The notes: generated from the letters alone by a model not told the origin. Shown: positions 1 to 8,370, counted from the first letter of the stretch. The stretch: 55,083 nucleotides of DNA from a virus (IMGVR_UViG_2923307698_000002:1-55083); one strand, 5' to 3'. Made by a program: numbers and translations.

Positions 1-927
1 TCAGCTTTTCGCCAGAACGGTGACGGCCTTATCGAGTTTTTGCCATCCGCAATAGGTGATTGCCCTGAACGCTGTAGCGTCATTCTGGAAAAGGCTAACC
101 GTCCCTGATTCGGTTTTTATTACCGCCTCATCAGTTGGGGTTATAACTGTGGCTTCAACGTTAATAATCAGCTTTTGAGCGTCTATCAGCATCATGCGAT
201 CCGCCTGTTCGCTCACAATTACCGGTATTCTCAAAAGCTCTATCTGCCAGAACTCAGCATCAGTAAGCTGTAAGGCGTTTTCTACGGGCAAGATTAGCGA
301 CGACGTGGCAAGCGTGTTACCGTTCGCTATGTGCTTTTTGAAAAGCTCTATGAAGTTTTCGGCCTCATCAGCACCATTAAGCACGCCCTCAGGGGATACG
401 CCCGCCACCTCCTGGTCACTGGAAAGAAATTTTTTATCTATTTCTTTCACCGATTCCGATGTGATCAAGTCTCTGATCGCTGAATTGGTACAAGGGGTGC
501 TAAATTTGATTAGCTCGTTATTCAGCATCACAATAGCGCCAAGTTTGCACAGTTTTAGCGCACTTTCGTTTACTTCTCCCTCTTTGACAGGGATTTCTTC
601 GGCTTCTTTAAGCCATTTACTACCCTTGCCTGATATTGACTGCAATTTTGCGCCAAACGGAAGATTCAGCGCGCTGCTGATTAGCTTGCCTGGTACAGAC
701 TGCGAAAAAATATACTCGCCAAGCTCTCTTACTATCGGCTCTGCCACCAGCGACGGCATATTATCCGTAGTCATTCCGGCAACAATGGATTTTTCAAGAA
801 ATTTCGATACTGCCGGATCATTTTTTTTCGTCATTTCAATTGCGTCTGCATGGCTGAATTTACACGATGTAAGCACGCTGGCGGCGCGAACTGCCGACAC
901 GCCTTTCATGTTTTTAGAAATCATCAT
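1..927 (-). CDS. phage major capsid-like protein (HK97 fold family), satellite-encoded
   Basis: Complete 308-aa ORF; AGGAGG 6 nt upstream of ATG at 927; C-terminal region resembles HK97-family capsid C-terminus by eye; lies directly downstream of terS with no terL or portal between. Confidence 0.5.
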   Translation of the reverse strand: MMISKNMKGVSAVRAASVLTSCKFSHADAIEMTKKNDPAVSKFLEKSIVAGMTTDNMPSLVAEPIVRELGEYIFSQSVPGKLISSALNLPFGAKLQSISGKGSKWLKEAEEIPVKEGEVNESALKLCKLGAIVMLNNELIKFSTPCTNSAIRDLITSESVKEIDKKFLSSDQEVAGVSPEGVLNGADEAENFIELFKKHIANGNTLATSSLILPVENALQLTDAEFWQIELLRIPVIVSEQADRMMLIDAQKLIINVEATVITPTDEAVIKTESGTVSLFQNDATAFRAITYCGWQKLDKAVTVLAKS

Positions 928-1086
928 CTTCTTCCTCCTGGTAACATGGGGTTAGGGTTTCGTGAAAATATGGCATCAGAACAGCGGCAGCCTGTAACCG
1001 TATTTCTGTTGGCTGCTGCTTGTCGTTCATGATTTCCGTGAGTACATCAATAGGGTCTGTGATGTATTCGCTCATAGTTCGCTACC

Positions 1087-1575
1087 TCAGTGTTTTAAGC
1101 CAGTTGGTGGCTTAGGGATGGGGAACCGATTTGAGGAGACATTAGCGGCATTGAGTTTTTTAACCTCTTTTTTCCCAATGCTGCCGATCTTGCGGTGGGT
1201 GAACTGGGCCAGCTTAAACGCGGCATCTAAAGCCAGTTTTTGATCTGTGTCCATGTTGTCAATCAGTATCCTGCCCATTGCTTTGATGGGGTCGGGTAGG
1301 CCGTTATCCATCATCTCAATGGTGTTAATTGATGCCCGTTCCGGTGTAACTTTTTCGGTAACTTTCTTTGTAACTTTTTTCGGTTTTGTAACCTGAAAAG
1401 TTACATCAGAAGTTACAGCCTTAAGATACTTTTTCACCTCCGGATCATTGGATAGCTGCCAGCCTTTAACCCTTGCAGTCTTTTCGCTGTATCCCGCATG
1501 TATCGCGGCTTCCGTTGGATTTGTGCCCTTTGATAACGCATCAGCAAACCGCTTTTTTTTGGTCGTTAATGCCAT
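1087..1575 (-). CDS. terminase small subunit (P27-like family)
   Basis: Start placed at internal ATG 1575 (MALTTKKKRFADALSKG...) with GAGG RBS; the ORF track extends to 1713 but the upstream part lacks an RBS; N-terminal HTH-like motif typical of P27-type TerS. Confidence 0.75.
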   Translation of the reverse strand: MALTTKKKRFADALSKGTNPTEAAIHAGYSEKTARVKGWQLSNDPEVKKYLKAVTSDVTFQVTKPKKVTKKVTEKVTPERASINTIEMMDNGLPDPIKAMGRILIDNMDTDQKLALDAAFKLAQFTHRKIGSIGKKEVKKLNAANVSSNRFPIPKPPTGLKH

Positions 1576-1702
1576 GCAAAAACCTCGTTTTGAGGGGGTG
1601 TAACTTTTCGTGTAACTTTTTTGAAAAGCAAAATTTTCTATGAATGAGACGGGGGGCGGTGTCCAGGGCGATCGACTTTCCGGCCGGAACACTCCCCCCC
1701 TG

Positions 1703-1864
1703 TCATTGCTCACCGAGTAACGAGATCAGGCCTTCAACTTCATCACTCAGCTTGTTTATTCGTGTCTCAAGCTCTGCGATCTTTTCCATCAATGGCGCTA
1801 TGGTGTCTCTTGTTTCCTCGCCAATGGCTTTAATGATGCTTGCCTCGCGTTCTGTGATAGCCAT
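1703..1864 (-). CDS. small coiled-coil hypothetical protein (53 aa)
   Basis: ORF below the 60-aa track cutoff, found by hand translation (MAITEREASIIKAIGEE...); ATG lies 3 nt after the upstream gene stop (TAAACAATG), suggesting coupling. Confidence 0.3.
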   Translation of the reverse strand: MAITEREASIIKAIGEETRDTIAPLMEKIAELETRINKLSDEVEGLISLLGEQ

Positions 1865-1867
1865 TGT

Positions 1868-2062
1868 TTACGCCTCACTTGTTGCAATGCCCAGGCGTTC
1901 GCGTAACAGTACGCGCGCAAGATGCCCTATTGTTGGTGTTGCCGCCCTGCCGTAGATACCTGATTCATTCATCCGGCGCACAATATCGAACTGCAACTTT
2001 TTAAGCTCGTTAAGGATTTCATGATCAATCATCACGGTAGCGCTTTGCTTTATCTCTTCCAC
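1868..2062 (-). CDS. hypothetical protein (64 aa)
   Basis: GTG start at 2062 preceded by AGGAGA at 7 nt; sits between replication and packaging modules. Confidence 0.4.
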   Translation of the reverse strand: MEEIKQSATVMIDHEILNELKKLQFDIVRRMNESGIYGRAATPTIGHLARVLLRERLGIATSEA

Positions 2063-2149
2063 TTTGTTTTCTCCTGATACTTATCATTGCATAACCAGTA
2101 TTTTCGATAGATTATCATTAATTAACCATCTTTGAAGATATATGAGATC

Positions 2150-2175
2150 GAAAAAAAGCCGGATTGCTCCGGCTA
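2150..2175 (-). terminator. rho-independent terminator after rep operon
   Basis: Hairpin GCCGG-attgct-CCGGC followed by T-run on the minus strand, downstream of the 81-aa gene. Confidence 0.45.
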
Positions 2176-2192
2176 TGTGCTCACTTCTTCGG

Positions 2193-2438
2193 TTATTCTC
2201 CAGCGCTTTTAACGTTGATGGTTGTTACCTGTTCCGCTTCGGCAATCTCCCGTTCTGTCAGCGTGGCAAAGTTTGCCGCCGCGGTGGTCATGAATGCGCT
2301 TATCAGTTCGGGATGCTCCTTCGCGTATCCTTCCCCCGCGTGGCGGTCTATCGTTCTGATTGCCACCTTTAAGGAAAGCTCTGTCATGTCTAACGCTTTA
2401 TATTTTGGCGCTGTCTTATCTCTGGTTTTTCTGTTCAT
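2193..2438 (-). CDS. hypothetical protein (81 aa), last gene of rep operon
   Basis: ORF immediately downstream of the iteron array; start uncertain (ATG 2438 or internal ATG 2387). Confidence 0.4.
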   Translation of the reverse strand: MNRKTRDKTAPKYKALDMTELSLKVAIRTIDRHAGEGYAKEHPELISAFMTTAAANFATLTEREIAEAEQVTTINVKSAGE

Positions 2439-2640
2439 TCCCCACTACTCCCCACTTTTGCTCCCCACTTTTTGAAATTACCCACCGTCTCCCCACCTCT
2501 TTTTTTTGTGATTCTAACGTTATGTTTTTCAATATGTTTTTTACTCCCCACTTTTTTGGGTATATACAGGTGGGAAAGTGGGTAATTATGTTTCAATTTT
2601 GTTAAATTCCCCACTCCCCCCACTTTTACTCCCCACTTTT
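2439..2640. repeat. iteron array, putative satellite replication origin
   Basis: At least 7 copies of TCCCCACT(TTT) in direct orientation plus an inverted copy (aggtgggaaagtggg) and an AT-rich tract, immediately 3' of the rep stop codon. Confidence 0.6.
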
Positions 2641-4040
2641 TACAGCGGGCGCACGTCATCACCGTCAATAACGATTACGCCATCATTTTCCAGCTTGTAC
2701 AGCCAGCGCCGGAAGTGCTTCATCTCATACCCCAGCTTTTTCATATCGTCGCGGAGAAGGGCGATAGTGCACGCCTCCCCGTGTGCTGTTCGTGTTCTGA
2801 TGCACTGCCATAGCGCGGCGTGATTCTCCGTCTTGTTCCCTGCCTCCTCGATGCGCTCCAGTTCAACGGGAGGGCGCGGCTTATCCACCACCACCAGCGA
2901 CGTGATTAACTCCCCGTCAGCGTCGGTAAAAAGCTCCACCACGCGTAAGTCATATGCTGCTTCTTTGAGTTCCTCCGCGTCCTTCATTTTGGTACATGAG
3001 ATAACCAGCGCTTCGCTGCCTGCGTCCTCCCTGCGTATCCGGTATTCGGCGTCCAGTGATGCACGAAATGCACTGGAACCACGCGCCCCCTTTGTTTCAT
3101 CCTTGCCGGAATGGTGAACCACCAGCACCGTTGCCCCTGTGCGCCGTTTCAGTTCGTCACACCCACGGATAAACGCCCCCATATCACGGGAATCATTTTC
3201 ATCATTGCCGCCAAAGCAGCGCGCCAGCGTATCCAGAATAATCATTCGAACCGGTTTACCCGTTTCCCGTTCCACCTGACGGGCAGCGATAACCATTTCC
3301 TCAACATCAAGCGGGGCAGCCGGAAAGATGGGACGGTTTACCAGATACAGATTTTTCACCTGCTCACCGTGCACAACCTCCCAGGCTTTTACACGACGCG
3401 GAACGCCGATACCGCCTTCACCAACCACATAGAGAACAGCGCCATGCGCCACCCTGCGGCCTCCCCACTGGCGGCCCGTGGAAACGTGACACGCCCACGA
3501 ACCCGCAAGGAACGATTTATATGAACCGCTCGCCCCGTATATGCTGCACAGCGATACCGCCGGAATAATCCCCTTAACCACGTAATCAAGTTGTGTGTCG
3601 TATCCGGCAGATCCCACGCTCATTGGTAGCGTGGTTTTTCGCTGGTGGTGTTTTTCTTCCCCTGGCTTTTTCCCCCGCTCCCGTTCCAGATATTCGCGCC
3701 AGTTCTCCCGCTTCTGGCTGTGCATCCCTTCGGGGTAATAATTCGCATCAGTTACACCCGCCGCCGCCAGCTTGTGCGCAATGGCATTAATATTTGATGG
3801 CCTGATGTGGCCTGCCTTGTACAGCCGGACACAATAGCGCCCCTCGTCGATGATTCTCAGGTCTGCCAGTTCATCCAGTTGATCATCAGCCAGCACAACG
3901 GGAGGCACATTATCGCCAGCCAGTCGCCCGTCCTGTTCCTGCCACTGTTTCGCATGTGCCCAGGCATCACTACCCGCAAAAATAATGACTTCGGTCATCT
4001 TGTCGTAAGGCTGTTTTTTTAAGTTCGGTGCGCTTTTCAT
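2640..4040 (-). CDS. replication initiator/helicase, RecA-like P-loop ATPase
   Basis: 466 aa; Walker A YGASGSYKS and Walker B-like MIILD; ATGA overlap with upstream gene; iterons directly downstream. Confidence 0.75.
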   Translation of the reverse strand: MKSAPNLKKQPYDKMTEVIIFAGSDAWAHAKQWQEQDGRLAGDNVPPVVLADDQLDELADLRIIDEGRYCVRLYKAGHIRPSNINAIAHKLAAAGVTDANYYPEGMHSQKRENWREYLERERGKKPGEEKHHQRKTTLPMSVGSAGYDTQLDYVVKGIIPAVSLCSIYGASGSYKSFLAGSWACHVSTGRQWGGRRVAHGAVLYVVGEGGIGVPRRVKAWEVVHGEQVKNLYLVNRPIFPAAPLDVEEMVIAARQVERETGKPVRMIILDTLARCFGGNDENDSRDMGAFIRGCDELKRRTGATVLVVHHSGKDETKGARGSSAFRASLDAEYRIRREDAGSEALVISCTKMKDAEELKEAAYDLRVVELFTDADGELITSLVVVDKPRPPVELERIEEAGNKTENHAALWQCIRTRTAHGEACTIALLRDDMKKLGYEMKHFRRWLYKLENDGVIVIDGDDVRPL

Positions 4041-4336
4041 TTCTTGCCCCTGAATCCGTTAATCATGGTTTTCAGCTTCTGGATGTTTGCCCGTGCCCTG
4101 GCGTTGCTGGTGGGCACGTTATGCGGCGCGGTCTGTACCAGAGAAAAATCACGCCGGAACTGATAAACAGGCATCACGCAATCATATTCGTAACCTTCAC
4201 GGCGGTAAGTTACGCACCGTCCCGCCACGCCCTTAATCATTACCGTGCCGCCGTACTGGTCGCGGTAAATATCACCGCGCGTAAATTTAGGGTGAGTGTT
4301 GCCACTGGCAGTTAAGCCAGAATATTTAAGTTTCAT
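4037..4336 (-). CDS. hypothetical protein (99 aa)
   Basis: Stop overlaps rep start (ATGA); part of minus-strand operon. Confidence 0.4.
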   Translation of the reverse strand: MKLKYSGLTASGNTHPKFTRGDIYRDQYGGTVMIKGVAGRCVTYRREGYEYDCVMPVYQFRRDFSLVQTAPHNVPTSNARARANIQKLKTMINGFRGKK

Positions 4337-4341
4337 TATTT

Positions 4342-4575
4342 TTATTCTCCGGTGTGCTGTTCGTTATATCTGTCGTGCAATAGATCTATTTCTTGCAGTT
4401 CCATTATTACAGGCTCAAGAAGCGTTATTAATGCTGTGGCAATTCTTGATTTTTGTTTGTCGCGTTCATTGTCGCCAAGTGTTTCAAGCCATATGCGCAA
4501 TATTTCGTACATACCTTCAGCGTAAGCAAGGGCACTAAATGCGCGGTCTATTGTTTCGTGGTAAATATCACGCAT
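4342..4575 (-). CDS. hypothetical protein (77 aa)
   Basis: ORF in tight operon arrangement. Confidence 0.4.
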   Translation of the reverse strand: MRDIYHETIDRAFSALAYAEGMYEILRIWLETLGDNERDKQKSRIATALITLLEPVIMELQEIDLLHDRYNEQHTGE

Positions 4576-4576
4576 A

Positions 4577-4798
4577 TTAATCCCCGTCCGTTGTTTTTCT
4601 TAAAACAGCTTCTGTCACGAAATCAGCATAGTTAGCGGCAATATCAAGAATATTTAGCCCTGTATCTCTGTGCTCATCAGTGCAAAGAAAGAAAAAAGCC
4701 ACCCGCATAATTTCAGATATTGACGAAAGCGCATCAGCCGCATCATCAGGAACGCCGGAAAATTCTTGTTTCAGGGAATTAAAACGATCATCACGCAT
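4577..4798 (-). CDS. hypothetical protein (73 aa)
   Basis: ATG at 4798 is 2 nt downstream of a G8 homopolymer on the coding strand. Confidence 0.35.
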   Translation of the reverse strand: MRDDRFNSLKQEFSGVPDDAADALSSISEIMRVAFFFLCTDEHRDTGLNILDIAANYADFVTEAVLRKTTDGD

Positions 4799-5013
4799 AA
4801 CCCCCCCCCATTTTCACAATCAGCAACAAGAATATTTTTAGCGTCATTCAGCGACCGCGTTGCGATGTATCGGATACATTCCAGGGCGAACTGTGTCCGG
4901 TCTTTCTGTTCTTCTCCCTGCGCAAGCTCTGCAGTGCATTCAATATCGATAAGCGCGTGCATCAGCGTAGTGAGCGCGGCGGCTGCTGCGTCCGGTGTGG
5001 TTTTATTGCACAT
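4771..5013 (-). CDS. hypothetical protein (80 aa)
   Basis: Start placed at ATG 5013 with AGGAGG at 6-7 nt; 3' end overlaps the next gene across the G8 tract. Confidence 0.35.
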   Translation of the reverse strand: MCNKTTPDAAAAALTTLMHALIDIECTAELAQGEEQKDRTQFALECIRYIATRSLNDAKNILVADCENGGGLCVMIVLIP

Positions 5014-5203
5014 GGCACACCTCCTGACGAATACGGGCGGCGAATACAGCAACACAACCGGACGGGCAACGGCTACGCGCTTCGCGTTCCGTCCAGGCGG
5101 TTACGTGGATGATTTGAGATTCTCCGGCACTCAGTGCCAGAAAACGCCACACAAAGGCCGTTTGTGTGTGTACAAGGTGTGGTATATGATTTACGGCAAC
5201 CAT
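5003..5203 (-). CDS. hypothetical protein (66 aa), first gene of leftward operon
   Basis: ATG 5203 with AGGAG at 5 nt. Confidence 0.3.
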   Translation of the reverse strand: MVAVNHIPHLVHTQTAFVWRFLALSAGESQIIHVTAWTEREARSRCPSGCVAVFAARIRQEVCHVQ

Positions 5204-5387
5204 AACGGCTCCTAGTTTACGTTGTTGGTTAGACGCCCCGTATGTGTTCCCGCACTGCGGGGTGTTGTTATTTGGTGCATCGCACCATCTGTTTTTAACC
5301 TATCAGCAAGTGAATCGCACTTCAAGCCTTTTTCTCTGAATTTTTTTTGTGTATACTGAATCGCACCAACTTAGAGAGGATTCTGTA
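5204..5387. promoter_or_regulatory. divergent promoter/operator region of the satellite
   Basis: Three copies of TG(A/C)ATCGCAC at 5279-5285, 5314-5320 and 5360-5366; palindrome CCGCAcTGCGG near 5251; TATACT -10-like element; between divergent operons. Confidence 0.45.
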
Positions 5388-5567
5388 ATGGCAACAGGTT
5401 CAACAAATAATAAGTCGCAACAGTTAAATGCCAGATTCCCGCATGATGTTGTTGCAGACTTAGAAAAAAATTTAGATGAAGGTGAAAGCAAAGCGCAATT
5501 TATAGTTACTGCCGTTAAAGGCGAAATCAAACGCCGCCAGCGCCGCAAGGCCAAAGAGCAGGAGTAA
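5388..5567 (+). CDS. ribbon-helix-helix (CopG-like) regulator
   Basis: ATG 5388 after AGAGAGGA; N-terminal beta-strand/helix pattern (QQLNARFPHDVVADLEK...AQFIVTAVKGEI) typical of RHH proteins; basic C-tail. Confidence 0.5.
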   Translation: MATGSTNNKSQQLNARFPHDVVADLEKNLDEGESKAQFIVTAVKGEIKRRQRRKAKEQE

Positions 5568-5609
5568 CCATCACCAGCGCCGTGGTGTGAGGTACTACGG
5601 CGCATTGCT

Positions 5610-5798
5610 ATGCAGGACAACACAATGACCGATAAAGAATTGACCAAAACATTATCACCGGCACGGAAAAGACGGCGCAGAAAGATAGAGCATGAATCAG
5701 AAAGATTCGCACCATGTGCTTTTGCCCTTGAGCAATTCCTTAAAGAGTACAGGGAAAAGCGCTCATTGCAGGTATGGCAACGAACTGAACCAGACTGA
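5610..5798 (+). CDS. hypothetical basic protein (62 aa)
   Basis: ORF downstream of the RHH gene; start may be the internal ATG at 5625. Confidence 0.3.
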   Translation: MQDNTMTDKELTKTLSPARKRRRRKIEHESERFAPCAFALEQFLKEYREKRSLQVWQRTEPD

Positions 5799-5885
5799 TT
5801 GCATTGCCCACCAGCCTGATAGCGGCTATCATCCCCGTGCTTATGTTTGGGATCACATACACATAAGGCGCAGCGGGTTAATTGT

Positions 5886-5912
5886 TCAGAAAGGCGGCTC
5901 CATATCGGGGCC
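5886..5912 (+). terminator. rho-independent terminator
   Basis: GC hairpin (gcggctcc...ggggccgc) followed by T6; lies between convergent genes. Confidence 0.4.
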
Positions 5913-5946
5913 GCTTTTTTCGTGTTTGTCATATCTGTGATACCCG

Positions 5947-6153
5947 TTAAGCAGCCGTTCCGCGTGCTTCCTCTTCGCGTTCTTTCTGCCAGGACAACAC
6001 ATCATCCTCATACCATCCGCGACGGCGTAAACCAACGCGAAAACCCTGCGGAAATTCTCCGGCGTTGATCATGCTTTGCAGCGTGCTGTCTGCCTTGATG
6101 TGGATAATTTTTTTTACTTCCTGGCGAAAGATAATTTTTCTGATTGCTTCCAT
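5947..6153 (-). CDS. alpA: AlpA-family transcriptional regulator/excision activator
   Basis: 68 aa; pattern IIRQ-EV...L...AGEFP...G.RR.GW.EDDV..W matches AlpA/Vis-type MerR-like HTH as recalled. Confidence 0.7.
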   Translation of the reverse strand: MEAIRKIIFRQEVKKIIHIKADSTLQSMINAGEFPQGFRVGLRRRGWYEDDVLSWQKEREEEARGTAA

Positions 6154-6282
6154 CGTGATTTACCTTGTGAATCCGGTGTATTCCGGTGACAAATACGGTA
6201 AATCATCGGATATGGGTAAAAACAGTTCCCACCGTTTTTAAACGGTATACACCGTTTTTTATATTGATGATTTGAAATGGAA

Positions 6283-6310
6283 TTATAAAAAAAGCGGCAT
6301 TTCTGCCGCT
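6283..6310 (-). terminator. rho-independent terminator
   Basis: 7-bp stem AGCGGCA/TGCCGCT with T-run on the minus strand, downstream of the 83-aa gene. Confidence 0.45.
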
Positions 6311-6320
6311 TCCAGGATTG

Positions 6321-6572
6321 TTACCGCCATTTTTTGGGCCTGCCTCCGATCTTCATAGATGCCGGACGTACGACCTTATCAATACTTACCGCCAGATTTC
6401 TGGAAGCGCCACGGGATACCAGAAAATCTACTACCTGTTTTTTTGATGGGGCCGTCGTTCTGTCCTCCGGATCGTAGGTTGACCAAAATTCATGCTGAAC
6501 CATCAGGGCCAGTTGCAGCCCGTCGCAATTGCATCTGATATTTTTTTGCATCTTAACGGTTTCATGTTTCAC
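6321..6572 (-). CDS. hypothetical protein (83 aa)
   Basis: ORF between alpA and int; basic C-terminus. Confidence 0.4.
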   Translation of the reverse strand: MKHETVKMQKNIRCNCDGLQLALMVQHEFWSTYDPEDRTTAPSKKQVVDFLVSRGASRNLAVSIDKVVRPASMKIGGRPKKWR

Positions 6573-6649
6573 GGCCTTGTCGTTAAATTTGATGCAATTA
6601 TACGACGGTTTTACATGGTTTTCGTAGTTTTTACTGGTTTTCTGTACAG

Positions 6650-7891
6650 CTACACGGCTCGGATACCCCTTTTACCACTGGCGAGGGTTACGCCCGTCGC
6701 CGCAGCCTCGACAAATTCGCCCCACCAGCGCATCAGCACGATGCGTTTTTCTATGTAGTTGCTCCGGTTGTATGCCCGTCTAACTTCGTTGGTGTCGACG
6801 TGGGCAAGTGCCGCCTCTATTACGTCCGGCTCGAATCCTTCCTCGTTCGCTGCTGTGCTGAATATGGCGCGTAATCCATGAGACACCAGCACGCCAGCGA
6901 ATCCCATACGCCGCAATGCTGCGTTAGCTGTCTGGCTGTTCATCGGCTGCTGTGGGTCTTTCAGACTTGGGAAAACGTAATTGCGGTGGTGGCTGATTGG
7001 TTTCATGGCCTCCAGCACCGCCATAGCCTGACCGGAAAGCGGGATAACGTGATCCCTGCGCATCTTCATGCGTCCGGCAGGTATCGTCCATTGCTTCGCG
7101 TCCAGGTTGATTTCATCCCACCGCGTTGATGACGCTTCGGCGGGACGGGTTACGGTCAGTAACTGCCATTCAATCAGTAATCTGGTCTGCCGTTCTGTTG
7201 CCGATACTGATAAAGCCTGCATAAGCTCGGGCAGCTGTTCGGGGCGGATTGTTGGCATATGTTTTTTTACAGGTGAGGGAAACGCCTTACGCACATTCAT
7301 AGCCGGATTGGCATCAATCAGCCCACTGTTGGCGGCGTAATCCATTACCTCATTAACGCGCTGTAAAACCCGCTTGAGTGTTTCCAGGTTGCCGCGCTCC
7401 TTGATGGGGGTAAGCACTTCAACGAACCTTCGGGCGGTGAGGGTATCTATTGGCGTGTTGCCGATGAACGGGAATACATATTTATCCAGCGAACGCCAGA
7501 TGTCTTTAATCGTGTTGGGGGCCAGATTCTGGCTGATTTTCACCTGGTACCATGCCGCCGCCACATTTTCGAACGTGTTCCCTTGTCTTCGGGCCTCTGT
7601 CTCTCTTTTTTGCCTCTCGTGGTCCTGTGGGTCAGTTCCGGCACTGATTAACGTCCTGTACTCGCTACGGCGTTTTCTGGCATCAGCCAGGGAAACATCT
7701 TCAAGCGATCCAAAACTCAGCAATATTCTTTTTTTGTCCGATGGTCGGTAGTAGGAAAATCTCCAGAGTTTTGATCCAGACGGTTTGACCAGGAGAAAAA
7801 GCCCTCCGCCGTCCTGCAGGGTGTACTCCTTTTGCGCTGGTCTGGCTGCTTTGATCTGCACTGTGGTTAATGGGTGTGTTTTTCTCGCCAT
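6650..7891 (-). CDS. int: tyrosine integrase, P4-like
   Basis: ATG at 7891 (MARKTHPLT...); N-terminal arm-binding-like domain and C-terminal catalytic domain with conserved R...H.LR...Y pattern; adjacent to tRNA fragment. Confidence 0.9.
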   Translation of the reverse strand: MARKTHPLTTVQIKAARPAQKEYTLQDGGGLFLLVKPSGSKLWRFSYYRPSDKKRILLSFGSLEDVSLADARKRRSEYRTLISAGTDPQDHERQKRETEARRQGNTFENVAAAWYQVKISQNLAPNTIKDIWRSLDKYVFPFIGNTPIDTLTARRFVEVLTPIKERGNLETLKRVLQRVNEVMDYAANSGLIDANPAMNVRKAFPSPVKKHMPTIRPEQLPELMQALSVSATERQTRLLIEWQLLTVTRPAEASSTRWDEINLDAKQWTIPAGRMKMRRDHVIPLSGQAMAVLEAMKPISHHRNYVFPSLKDPQQPMNSQTANAALRRMGFAGVLVSHGLRAIFSTAANEEGFEPDVIEAALAHVDTNEVRRAYNRSNYIEKRIVLMRWWGEFVEAAATGVTLASGKRGIRAV

Positions 7892-7925
7892 ATGTCTATG
7901 ATTCCACACGAAAAAACAGGGTTTT

Positions 7926-7975
7926 AGTTATACGGCTTTAGTTATACGCCAGCCCGTATAACTAAACGTATAACT
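7926..7975. promoter_or_regulatory. putative integrase arm-type binding sites
   Basis: Four copies of a 9-bp motif: AGTTATACG at 7926-7934 and 7940-7948, inverted CGTATAACT at 7955-7963 and 7967-7975, between int start and the att core. Confidence 0.4.
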
Positions 7976-8109
7976 AAAAAATCCGGCTGATAGCTTATAA
8001 ATCCGGTGATGTTCGGTGACTAAAAAACATAAAAAAACCCGCCAATCAAGTGATTAGCGGGTTATCCCTGTCTTATCCGGTGCTTTCCGGTGATATCCGG
8101 TGGGCGATT

Positions 8110-8155
8110 TGGTCGGCACGAGAGGATTTGAACCTCCGACCCCCGACACCCCATG
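8110..8155 (-). other. attachment-site core: 3' 46 nt of tRNA-Pro(GGG)-like gene (partial tRNA, no 5' half)
   Basis: Minus strand reads CATGGGGTGTCGGGGGTCGGAGGTTCAAATCCTCTCGTGCCGACCA: anticodon loop with GGG, variable loop, T-arm GGAGG/TTCAAAT/CCTCT, acceptor and CCA; upstream sequence cannot form acceptor or D arms. Confidence 0.65.
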
Positions 8156-8370
8156 TCACCGCGCCTGAAACGCTGGAGACCGCGCCATTGCTGGGCTGGC
8201 AGGGTGTTTCACTGTGTGCGCAAACAGTGCATAATTCGCAAAATTCACGCTATATACATCAATGAGTTAAGAGAGATTTTTCCCCACTCCTAAATGGTCA
8301 GTTTTTGGAGCATTACTATATTAATAGGTTCCGTCTATAGCACTTTTTGATTTGCTTCTAATATGCTTTT

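Noticed and set aside
2439-2640. Possible CRISPR array
   Set aside because: Repeats are 8-11 bp with irregular short spacing and mixed orientation; no spacer structure and no cas genes. An iteron origin fits better.
2435-2668. 77-aa minus-strand ORF spanning the CCCCACTTTT repeats
   Set aside because: It reads through the iteron array and overlaps the rep 3' end; the repetitive peptide is a by-product of the DNA repeats, not a gene.
8090-8190. Intact tRNA gene
   Set aside because: Only the 3' 46 nt fold as tRNA; the upstream sequence cannot pair with the acceptor 3' strand or form a D-arm.
8050-8265. 71-aa plus-strand ORF
   Set aside because: It overlaps the tRNA-Pro 3' fragment and att junction, with no RBS.
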